Source: Eubacteriales Family XIII. Incertae Sedis bacterium
GTDB taxonomy: Bacteria; Bacillota; Clostridia; Peptostreptococcales; Anaerovoracaceae
Direction of reading: 5' to 3'
Assembly (NCBI GenBank): GCA_031290135.1
Contig: JAITOE010000013.1
Location: 1-48,867 of the forward strand
Length of the DNA: 48,867 nt
Below the pieces are notes generated by a model that saw nothing but the letters and a program-made list of their open reading frames with translations, was not told the DNA's origin and searched no databases. Shown one piece after another: positions 35,658-42,737 of the stretch. The first letter of the stretch is position 1. Each line of letters starts with the position of its first letter. The position numbers and the translations under genes are program-made.

Positions 35658-36269
35658 ATGAAAAGCAAAAAAACACTGATCCTGGCAGCGGCGGTATCAC
35701 TCACGCTCTTTGGCTTCACGGCCTGCGGCGGAGGCGGCGGCAGCGCGACGGGCGACGGCGGGGACGCGCCTGCCGGCGACGTAGGTCCCGGCGGCGTCGC
35801 GGGCTTCACCGAGTACCCCATCGGTGACGACATCGAACTGGGCCCCCTCAACGTCGCGGGCGTCTATTTCCAGCCGGTGGACATGGAACCCGTGGGCATG
35901 GGGCTTGCCGCGGCCGATTCGGACTTCCACATCGAAGCGGATATTTCCGCCCTGGAAGGGAATGACCTGGGCTACGGCGCGGGCGACTTCGTCCCCTGGC
36001 TGACCGTGGATTATGAAATCGAAGACGCCGCCGGGAACATGGCGGCAAACGGAACTTTCATGCCCATGAGCGCCAGCGACGGCCCGCATTACGGCGCCAA
36101 TATAAAGCTGGGCGACGCCGGAACCTATACCGTGCGTTTCAGCATTGAAAATCCGGAAGTGAACGGCTACCTGCTGCACACGGACGCATTGACCGGCGTG
36201 GAGGGCCGCTTCTGGAACGGACCCCTTGTAGCGGAGTGGGAATTTGACTACGTGCCCATCGAGTGGTAA
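35658..36269 (+). CDS. P19/FetP/Tp34-family periplasmic iron-transport lipoprotein
   Basis: Lipobox GFTACGG. It aligns by eye with Campylobacter P19 (YFQPVDMEP, FHIEADI, FMPMSASDGPHYGANI). Confidence 0.88.
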   Translation: MKSKKTLILAAAVSLTLFGFTACGGGGGSATGDGGDAPAGDVGPGGVAGFTEYPIGDDIELGPLNVAGVYFQPVDMEPVGMGLAAADSDFHIEADISALEGNDLGYGAGDFVPWLTVDYEIEDAAGNMAANGTFMPMSASDGPHYGANIKLGDAGTYTVRFSIENPEVNGYLLHTDALTGVEGRFWNGPLVAEWEFDYVPIEW

Positions 36270-36324
36270 GCAGGCGCGGCCGAGAGTCCTGAGACCGCCA
36301 ATAAGCGATAGGCGATGAATCGGT

Positions 36325-36359
36325 GTAATTGCGGGCGGATCCGTTCCGCCCGCAATTAC
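36325..36359 (+). other. Perfect 14-bp-stem hairpin inside the operon (no T-tract)
   Basis: GTAATTGCGGGCGG-ATCCGTT-CCGCCCGCAATTAC. Confidence 0.6.
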
Positions 36360-36418
36360 AGGTACCCCGCCCCGCCGCGGCGGCCACGTACGCCTGAGAT
36401 CCATAATAGAAGGTTTTT

Positions 36419-37720
36419 ATGCTGAAATATCTGATTCTGGTAATTGAAAACGCACTCGGCACAGCTATTCTCGTGGCGCTGATCCTTGCCCTCGTCTATG
36501 CGGGCGGTGTCCGCGGACGGCAGAAATGGGCTGCGGCGGGAGGGCTGGCCGGCCTTGCCGCCGCAGCGGTTTTGGCTTTCATTACGCACAAAACCCTGCT
36601 GGTCGGACGGGAGTTCTTCAATTTCGGCGTTTTGCCTCTGGCAATCCTGTCGGGACTGGCGCTCCTGGTTCTGACGTGGACGTCTGCGCGGGCATCCCGC
36701 CGGACGGCGGTCCGGAATCCGGACGGCTCCCCGCCCCCGGAGGGGGAACCGGCCGCCGCCGGGGAACGCGCCCTGTGCGCGGCGGCGGCCCTGTTTTTAT
36801 GCACCCTGCTCCTATACTGCCTCTCCGCGGTGTTCCTGTATCCCACGCAATTTCTGCTGGCGGGCGAAAGCGCGCTCAGCACGGATTTTCTGTTTAAGTC
36901 CATCGGCTATCTGGCCGGCCTGCTTCTCGCGGTCCTGGCGGGGCTTGCGCTTTTCAAGGCGCACATCGGCGTCCCCGCCCGCCTGCTGCGGATTTTGTCG
37001 GCCATCGCCCTGCTCGTCAACATCATCGGCCAGCTTTCTACGATTCTGCAATTTTTGGTCGCGCGGCGCCTCATACCGATGACGAAAGCCCTGTTCGAGA
37101 TTGTAAAATTCACCGCAAACCACGATATGTGGTTTCTCTACGCCATTCTCGCGGCGGCTCTGGTCCTGCCCTGCCTGGCATGGGCGCGGAGCCTGCGGCT
37201 GAAAGGGGAATGGGCAAACCCCGCGCAGCTCCGGAAAGCAAAATCGACGGCGCGCGGCATCCGGCGCTGGAGCGCGCTGATTCTGGCCTGCTACCTCCTG
37301 TCCGTGTTCAGCCTGACCGCCGTAAAGGCGTTTGACGAGCGGGAAGTGACGCTTTCCCCCGCAGAACCGGCGCAGATCGCGGACGGCCGGATTTCCATAT
37401 CCATAGACACGGTAAACGACGGGCGGCTTCACCGTTTTGCCTACATGACGCCCGACGGCATAGAGGTGCGCTTCATCGTGATCAAGAAAAACGAATCCGC
37501 CTGGGGCGTCGGGCTTGACGCCTGCGACATCTGCGGCGCCACGGGCTATTATGAACGAGGCGAGGACGTGATCTGCAAGCTCTGCGACGTGGTCATGAAC
37601 AAAGCCACCATCGGCTTCAAAGGAGGCTGCAACCCCGTGCCGCTGGCGTACACGGTTTCCGGCGGGATCCTCGCCGTGCAGACGGCGGACCTGGAAGCCG
37701 AGCAGAAGCGGTTTAAATAA
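36419..37720 (+). CDS. DUF2318-type polytopic membrane protein with C-terminal Cys-rich (metal/FeS-binding) domain (Cj1660-like)
   Basis: About 8 TM segments, then CDICGATGYYERGEDVICKLCDVVMN...GGCNP. The position after P19 matches the Campylobacter cluster. Confidence 0.7.
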   Translation: MLKYLILVIENALGTAILVALILALVYAGGVRGRQKWAAAGGLAGLAAAAVLAFITHKTLLVGREFFNFGVLPLAILSGLALLVLTWTSARASRRTAVRNPDGSPPPEGEPAAAGERALCAAAALFLCTLLLYCLSAVFLYPTQFLLAGESALSTDFLFKSIGYLAGLLLAVLAGLALFKAHIGVPARLLRILSAIALLVNIIGQLSTILQFLVARRLIPMTKALFEIVKFTANHDMWFLYAILAAALVLPCLAWARSLRLKGEWANPAQLRKAKSTARGIRRWSALILACYLLSVFSLTAVKAFDEREVTLSPAEPAQIADGRISISIDTVNDGRLHRFAYMTPDGIEVRFIVIKKNESAWGVGLDACDICGATGYYERGEDVICKLCDVVMNKATIGFKGGCNPVPLAYTVSGGILAVQTADLEAEQKRFK

Positions 37721-37726
37721 GCTGCG

Positions 37727-37787
37727 GGGCGGGCGTACTCTCCGTCATTGCGAGGAGCTGGATTTCTTCGCTCCACTCGCAATGACG
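37727..37787. repeat. Family-1 hairpin, single copy with GGGCGGGCGTACTC flank
   Basis: CGTCATTGCGAGGAGC-TGGATTTCTTC-GCTCCACTCGCAATGACG. Confidence 0.85.
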
Positions 37788-37829
37788 AAAAACGTAACGC
37801 TGCAAAGCGCGGCGAAATAGGAGCAGAAC

Positions 37830-39137
37830 ATGTTTTGGAGACTGATCAGAGGGGCGTTGTTCCGCCAAAAAGGGAAGATGCTCATGATCGCGTTCACGAT
37901 TGCCCTGGGGGCTTCCTTGGCGACCGCCATGCTGAACGTCATGCTGGACGTGGGCGACAAAGTGAACCAGGAACTGAAAACCTACGGCGCCAACATCCAG
38001 GTCATCCCCAAAGAGGCTTCGCTGCTGGGGGACCTGTACGGGCTCGGCGAAGATTCCGGCGCGGCGGAACGCTATCTGCGCGAATCCGAGCTGGGGAGCC
38101 TGAAGACCATCTTCTGGGCGTTTAACATCGTGGATTTCGCGCCGTATCTGAACGTAAGGGCGCAGCTGCTTGACGAAAGCCCGGATGCCGCGAAGACCGG
38201 CGGGGAAGAAATCCGCCTTGTGGGCGCCTGGTTCGCCAAGCATCTGGATCTACCCACGGGCGAATCCGTGGACACGGGGATGCGCAACATGAAAAGCTGG
38301 TGGGAGGTGGACGGCGAATGGCTCACCGACGCCGATGAAGATGCGGCGATGGCAGGCAGTTTGCTGGCGGAACGGGCGGGGCTTGCCGCAGGGGACCGCA
38401 TCCGGGTCGGCGCGCAGGGCGGGACGCGGGAGCTGACGATAACCGGGATCTTCAACGCCGGCAGCGACGAGGACGAACGGCTCTATGTGCCGCTGAAAAC
38501 CGCCCAGGCGATGGCGGGGCGGGCGGGCGTGGTCAGCAGCGTCGAAGTCAGCGCCCTGACCACGCCGGACAACGAACTTTCACGCAGGGCGGCACAAAAC
38601 CCGAAAAGCCTTTCGACGAAAGAATGGGAAACCTGGTACTGCACGGCCTACGTCAGCGCCATCTGCTACCAAATAGAAGAAGCCCTGGGGGATTCCGTCG
38701 CGAAGCCCATCCGGCAGGTGGCGGAATCCGAAGGTGCCATTCTTGAAAAAACGCAGCTGCTCATGCTGCTGATCACGATATTGAGTCTGGCGGGGTCGGC
38801 CCTGGGCATCTCCAACTTGGTTACGGCGGGCGTCATGGAGCGGAGCCGGGAAATAGGTCTTTTAAAAGCCCTGGGCGCCAACAACGCGCCCGTTTCCTGG
38901 TTGGTGCTGACGGAGGTGCTTCTGACGGGCGCGGTGGGCGGCGCGGCGGGGTATTTCGCCGGCTTGGGTTTCGCGCAGATCATAGGCCATACGGTCTTCG
39001 GGTCGGCGATAAGCATCAAGCCCATGGTCATCCCGCTCGTGGGGCTGCTGGTGCTTGCCGTCATACTGGCGGGCAGCATCCCTTCCATACGCCTGCTGCT
39101 GTCGCTCAGGCCGGCGGAGGTGCTGCACGGCCGCTGA
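37830..39137 (+). CDS. FtsX-like ABC permease (MacB/LolC type), subunit 1
   Basis: N-terminal TM segment, a large extracytoplasmic domain and 3 C-terminal TM segments, with the EIGLLKALGA motif. Confidence 0.85.
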   Translation: MFWRLIRGALFRQKGKMLMIAFTIALGASLATAMLNVMLDVGDKVNQELKTYGANIQVIPKEASLLGDLYGLGEDSGAAERYLRESELGSLKTIFWAFNIVDFAPYLNVRAQLLDESPDAAKTGGEEIRLVGAWFAKHLDLPTGESVDTGMRNMKSWWEVDGEWLTDADEDAAMAGSLLAERAGLAAGDRIRVGAQGGTRELTITGIFNAGSDEDERLYVPLKTAQAMAGRAGVVSSVEVSALTTPDNELSRRAAQNPKSLSTKEWETWYCTAYVSAICYQIEEALGDSVAKPIRQVAESEGAILEKTQLLMLLITILSLAGSALGISNLVTAGVMERSREIGLLKALGANNAPVSWLVLTEVLLTGAVGGAAGYFAGLGFAQIIGHTVFGSAISIKPMVIPLVGLLVLAVILAGSIPSIRLLLSLRPAEVLHGR

Positions 39138-39147
39138 GCGGGAGGAC

Positions 39148-39292
39148 TCCGTCATTGCGAGGCGCGAAGCGCCGAAGCAACCCGGAGGCACTGGATTGCT
39201 TCGCTGCGCTCGCAACGACAGATGCCCCGCCATTGCGAGGAGCGAAGCCCCCCGTCTTTGCGAGGCGCGCAGCGCCGAAGCAATCCAGTGCC
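39148..39292. repeat. Family-1 composite: hairpin plus two additional left arms
   Basis: CCGTCATTGCGAGGCGCGAAGCGCCGAAGCAA..CTGGATTGCTTCGCTGCGCTCGCAACGACAG, then CCATTGCGAGGAGCGAAGC and GTCTTTGCGAGGCGCGCAGCGCCGAAGCAATCCAG. It lies between the two FtsX genes. Confidence 0.85.
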
Positions 39293-39317
39293 GGACACAC
39301 AGAATGGACAAAAACAC

Positions 39318-40466
39318 ATGACAAGACAAGCGATGTACGTTAAGATGATCACAAGCTCGCTGCTCCGCCGCCGGTCCAGAATGGCGGTGGCTTTGCTGGC
39401 CGTGGCCGTGGGCGCTACCATCCTGTCGGGCCTCGTGACGATCTATTACGACATTCCGCGCCAGATGGGACAGGAATTCCGCTCCTACGGGGCGAACCTC
39501 ATCTTCATCGCGCCGCCCGGCGGGGACACGTCCGGCGAGGGCGTCAGCGAGGCGGCGGCGGCAGAAGCCTTGTCGTACATCCCGGATTCCGCGGTCGTGG
39601 GCGTCGCGCCCTACCGCTACAAAAGCGCGAAGATCAACGAACAGCCCTTCATGGCGGCAGGGACGGATCTGGAGGGTGCCAGAAAAGCCAGCCCCTATTG
39701 GTTCGTTGCCGGCGAATGGCCCCAGGATGACGGATTCGTGCTGATCGGGCAGGAGGTGGCTGACACGGTCCGGCTTTTGCCCGGCAGCAGCTTCACCCTG
39801 ACCGGGACGGACGACGGCGGCGAAAGCTTCAGCAAAGACCTGCAGGTCTCCGGCGTCGTCCAGACCGGAGGCAGCGAAGAAGCGTTCATCTTCCTGTCGC
39901 TGTCGGATTTTGACGCGGCCATCGGGGGAAACGGCAACTACGACGTGGTGGAATGCAGCATTTCGGCCCCGCAGGCGGAGCTGGAGGGCATTGCGGCGCA
40001 GATCAGCGAAAACGTGTCCGGGCTTACGCCGCGCCTCGTAAAGAGAGTGACCCAGTCGGAGGGCACGGTCCTTACAAAATTACAGGCCTTGGTATTCCTT
40101 GTCACGGCGGTGGTCCTGGTGCTGACCATGATCTGCGTCGCGACCACGATGATGGCTGTGGTGACGGAGCGGCGCAAGGAAATCGGCCTGAAAAAAGCCC
40201 TCGGCGCCCCGGACAGGAGCATCATGCAGGAATTTCTCGGCGAGGGGCTGTTCTTAGGCTGCGTGGGCGGAATTTGCGGCGTCTTTCTCGGCTTCGCTTT
40301 CGCGCAGATCATTGGGATAAACGTCTTCAGCCGGAGCGTTTCTTTCCAGCCGCTGCTGATACCCCTGACGATTGCCGCGTCGGCGCTCATTACCGTGCTG
40401 GCCTGCGCCGTCCCGGTGCGGCGCGCGGTGGAGGTGGATCCGGCGATTGTGCTGCGGGGCGAGTAG
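39318..40466 (+). CDS. FtsX-like ABC permease, subunit 2
   Basis: Paralog of subunit 1 (EIGLKKALGA). The track ORF N-terminus (39222-39317) is repeat-derived. The start is uncertain (39318, 39333 or 39345). Confidence 0.8.
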   Translation: MTRQAMYVKMITSSLLRRRSRMAVALLAVAVGATILSGLVTIYYDIPRQMGQEFRSYGANLIFIAPPGGDTSGEGVSEAAAAEALSYIPDSAVVGVAPYRYKSAKINEQPFMAAGTDLEGARKASPYWFVAGEWPQDDGFVLIGQEVADTVRLLPGSSFTLTGTDDGGESFSKDLQVSGVVQTGGSEEAFIFLSLSDFDAAIGGNGNYDVVECSISAPQAELEGIAAQISENVSGLTPRLVKRVTQSEGTVLTKLQALVFLVTAVVLVLTMICVATTMMAVVTERRKEIGLKKALGAPDRSIMQEFLGEGLFLGCVGGICGVFLGFAFAQIIGINVFSRSVSFQPLLIPLTIAASALITVLACAVPVRRAVEVDPAIVLRGE

Positions 40467-40506
40467 GAGGGTTGCTGTGTATGAAGCTTAGTTACATAGG
40501 ATCGCC

Positions 40507-40616
40507 GCCAGAGGACGGGCGCAACCCTCCGCCCGGGGCGGCTGACGCCTATGCGGGCGGCGCAGAGCGCCTTGTATGCCCGCAATCCCGCCTACGGGTT
40601 GCGCCCGTCCTCTGGC
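40507..40616. repeat. Family-2 palindromic element, compact copy (110 bp)
   Basis: The 21-bp terminal inverted repeats GCCAGAGGACGGGCGCAACCC / GGGTTGCGCCCGTCCTCTGGC are perfect. The core is shared with 6682-6868. Confidence 0.9.
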
Positions 40617-40651
40617 TGGTATTGACTCGCTGACTGACATGGAGGTTCCGA

Positions 40652-41335
40652 ATGAACTTACTGGAAATAAAAGGAATATCGAAAATTTACGGAAACGTGA
40701 AAGCGCTGCAAAACGTCGATCTGGAGGTCAAACGGGGCGAATGGCTGGCGGTCATGGGGCCGTCGGGTTCCGGCAAGACGACGATGATGAACATCATAGG
40801 CTGCATGGACAAACCCACGGAAGGCGCCGTGATCTTAGACGGGAAAGACATCTCCAAAGAGAGCGCGCGGAGCCTGACGGCGACCCGGCGTGAGAAAATC
40901 GGCCTGATCTTCCAGCAATTCCACCTGATCCATTATCTGACCGCCGTGGAAAACATCATGGTCGCCCAGTATTACCACAGCATGCCGGACGAGGACGAAG
41001 CCCTGCGGGCGTTGGACAGGGTGGGTCTCCTGGAACGGGCGAAGCATCTGCCGAGCCAGCTTTCGGGCGGCGAACAGCAGCGCGTGTGCATTGCCAGGGC
41101 GCTGATCAACTATCCGATGCTGATCTTGGCCGATGAGCCGACGGGCAACTTAGACGAAGCAAACGAGGGGATCGTGATGGATCTTTTCCGGCAGCTCCAT
41201 GAAGAGGGCAGCACCATCGTCGTCGTGACCCACGACCCGGAAGTCGCGGAAGAGGCACAGCGGACCGTGGTGCTGGAACACGGGCGCGTCGCGCGGATCG
41301 CGTACAATGTTATTGCTCCACCGATTATACTTTGA
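40652..41335 (+). CDS. ABC transporter ATP-binding protein (MacB/LolD-like), partner of the FtsX permeases
   Basis: GGAGG RBS. Walker A GPSGSGKTT, LSGGEQQR, Walker B ILADEPT. The last about 9 codons lie inside family-3 repeat copy B. Confidence 0.9.
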   Translation: MNLLEIKGISKIYGNVKALQNVDLEVKRGEWLAVMGPSGSGKTTMMNIIGCMDKPTEGAVILDGKDISKESARSLTATRREKIGLIFQQFHLIHYLTAVENIMVAQYYHSMPDEDEALRALDRVGLLERAKHLPSQLSGGEQQRVCIARALINYPMLILADEPTGNLDEANEGIVMDLFRQLHEEGSTIVVVTHDPEVAEEAQRTVVLEHGRVARIAYNVIAPPIIL

Positions 41336-41472
41336 AGTCGCGCCGGTCTTTTTTCCGTCAGGCTTCGTTGGCGGAACCCGTTGATACCGCCAGTATCAGC
41401 GGAACCCGCCGCCTTGCCTGGCGGAAAAAATCCTCGCCGCTTTGTTCAATATTTAATCGGCGGAGCAATAAG
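41309..41472. repeat. Family-3 long palindromic element, copy B (inverted relative to copy A)
   Basis: The reverse complement of 41341-41440 matches 23328-23428 with few mismatches. Outer arms are GTTATTGCTCCACCGATTA / TAATCGGCGGAGCAATAAG. Confidence 0.85.
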
Positions 41473-41498
41473 TCAGCGAAACAGAAAGGGGTCCATGG

Positions 41499-41918
41499 AT
41501 GAAAACGAAGAGGATGGCGGTTCTGCTGGCAGGCGCGGCGCTATTGCTGCTGGCGCTGACGGCTTGCGGCAAACCTCCGGTCTACAGCGACGGAACCTAT
41601 ACGGGCGTGAGCAGCGAGGACGAAAAGGGTGCCTACGGCGAAGTGACGATCCGCATTGAAGACGGCGCCGTCGCCGCCTGCGAATATGTCACCTGGCAAA
41701 AGGACGGGAGCATCAAAGACGAAGAATACGGCAAATCCAGCGGAAGCCAGGAGTATTACGACAAGGCGCAGCTGGCGGTCAGGGCCATGCAACAGTACGC
41801 CGACGCCCTGGTCGAACAGCAGTCGCTGAAAAAAATAGACGCCGTGAGCGGCGCCACCAATTCCTACGACCAGTTCCGCGAGGCGGTGACCGACGCTTTG
41901 GACGAGGCGAAAGAATGA
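41499..41918 (+). CDS. FMN-binding domain lipoprotein
   Basis: Lipobox LTACGK. C-terminal DAVSGATNSY (the FMN_bind SGAT.S motif). Confidence 0.75.
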   Translation: MKTKRMAVLLAGAALLLLALTACGKPPVYSDGTYTGVSSEDEKGAYGEVTIRIEDGAVAACEYVTWQKDGSIKDEEYGKSSGSQEYYDKAQLAVRAMQQYADALVEQQSLKKIDAVSGATNSYDQFREAVTDALDEAKE

Positions 41919-42283
41919 AAAAACTCTCCCCCGCAATGGAAGACTACCTGAAAGGCATCTACCGCGTGGGCGGGGCCGGAAAAAACGTGCATGTGAGCGA
42001 GCTTGCGCTGTATATGGGCGTCAGCAAGCCCTGCGTCAGCCGCGCCATGGACAACCTGTCGGAAAAGGGCCTGATCTGCAAGAACAAATACCAGGGCGCC
42101 TATCTCACGGAGGAAGGCGTGAAACAGGCCCGCCTGCTCTCGGCGCGCTGCCTCGTGATCCGGCGTTTTTTCAGCGAAATCCTGCATGTGGACCCGCACG
42201 TCGCCGAAAAGGACGCGTGCAGCATAGAACACAGCATCAGCACGGAAAGCTACGAATCCATGCGGACGTATCTGCATGAATGA
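41915..42283 (+). CDS. DtxR/MntR-family metal-dependent transcriptional repressor (short form, no SH3-like domain)
   Basis: The MEDYLK..IY start, an HTH (VSELALYMGVSKPCVSRAMDNL) and a dimerisation helix region. ATGA overlap with the upstream gene. Confidence 0.85.
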   Translation: MKKLSPAMEDYLKGIYRVGGAGKNVHVSELALYMGVSKPCVSRAMDNLSEKGLICKNKYQGAYLTEEGVKQARLLSARCLVIRRFFSEILHVDPHVAEKDACSIEHSISTESYESMRTYLHE

Positions 42284-42331
42284 CCGCCCCACTTGTTACT
42301 GTTAGGAATCTTAGGTATGTTCCGCCACTGC

Positions 42332-42480
42332 GTGATTTGCGTAGAGGGCATATCCCCGTCGTTGCGAGGAGCGAAGCGACGAAGCAATCCAGTGCCTGTG
42401 GATTGCTTCGCTTCGCTCGCAATGACGGAGGGAGTACGCCCGCCCCCCCGGCTGGGTGATTTGCGTAGAGGGCATATCCC
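42332..42480. repeat. Family-1 hairpin (42356-42428) bracketed by 25-bp direct repeats
   Basis: GTGATTTGCGTAGAGGGCATATCCC occurs at 42332-42356 and 42456-42480. The hairpin is CCGTCGTTGCGAGGAGCGAAGCGACGAAGCAATCCAG..TGGATTGCTTCGCTTCGCTCGCAATGACGG. Confidence 0.9.
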
Positions 42481-42737
42481 GTCGTGATTGACTTCTCAGT
42501 TCGTCCTCTGTAATTTCGGGTCAAAACATGTCAAAAACAACATTATTTTTGTAAATTCAAAAATCATGTAGTGTTTTTGAGTGCGGCGTGCGTCTTATTT
42601 ATAGGCGCAAGTTTCGGTGCTGCAACGCCGCGCAACCGAAACGCATATAAGCCCGCAACCCTATACTTTTCCTACAAACCATGTTTTACCAACATGAAAC
42701 ACATCAAAACAGACACGCGACGAGAGGAGAAAAACCA

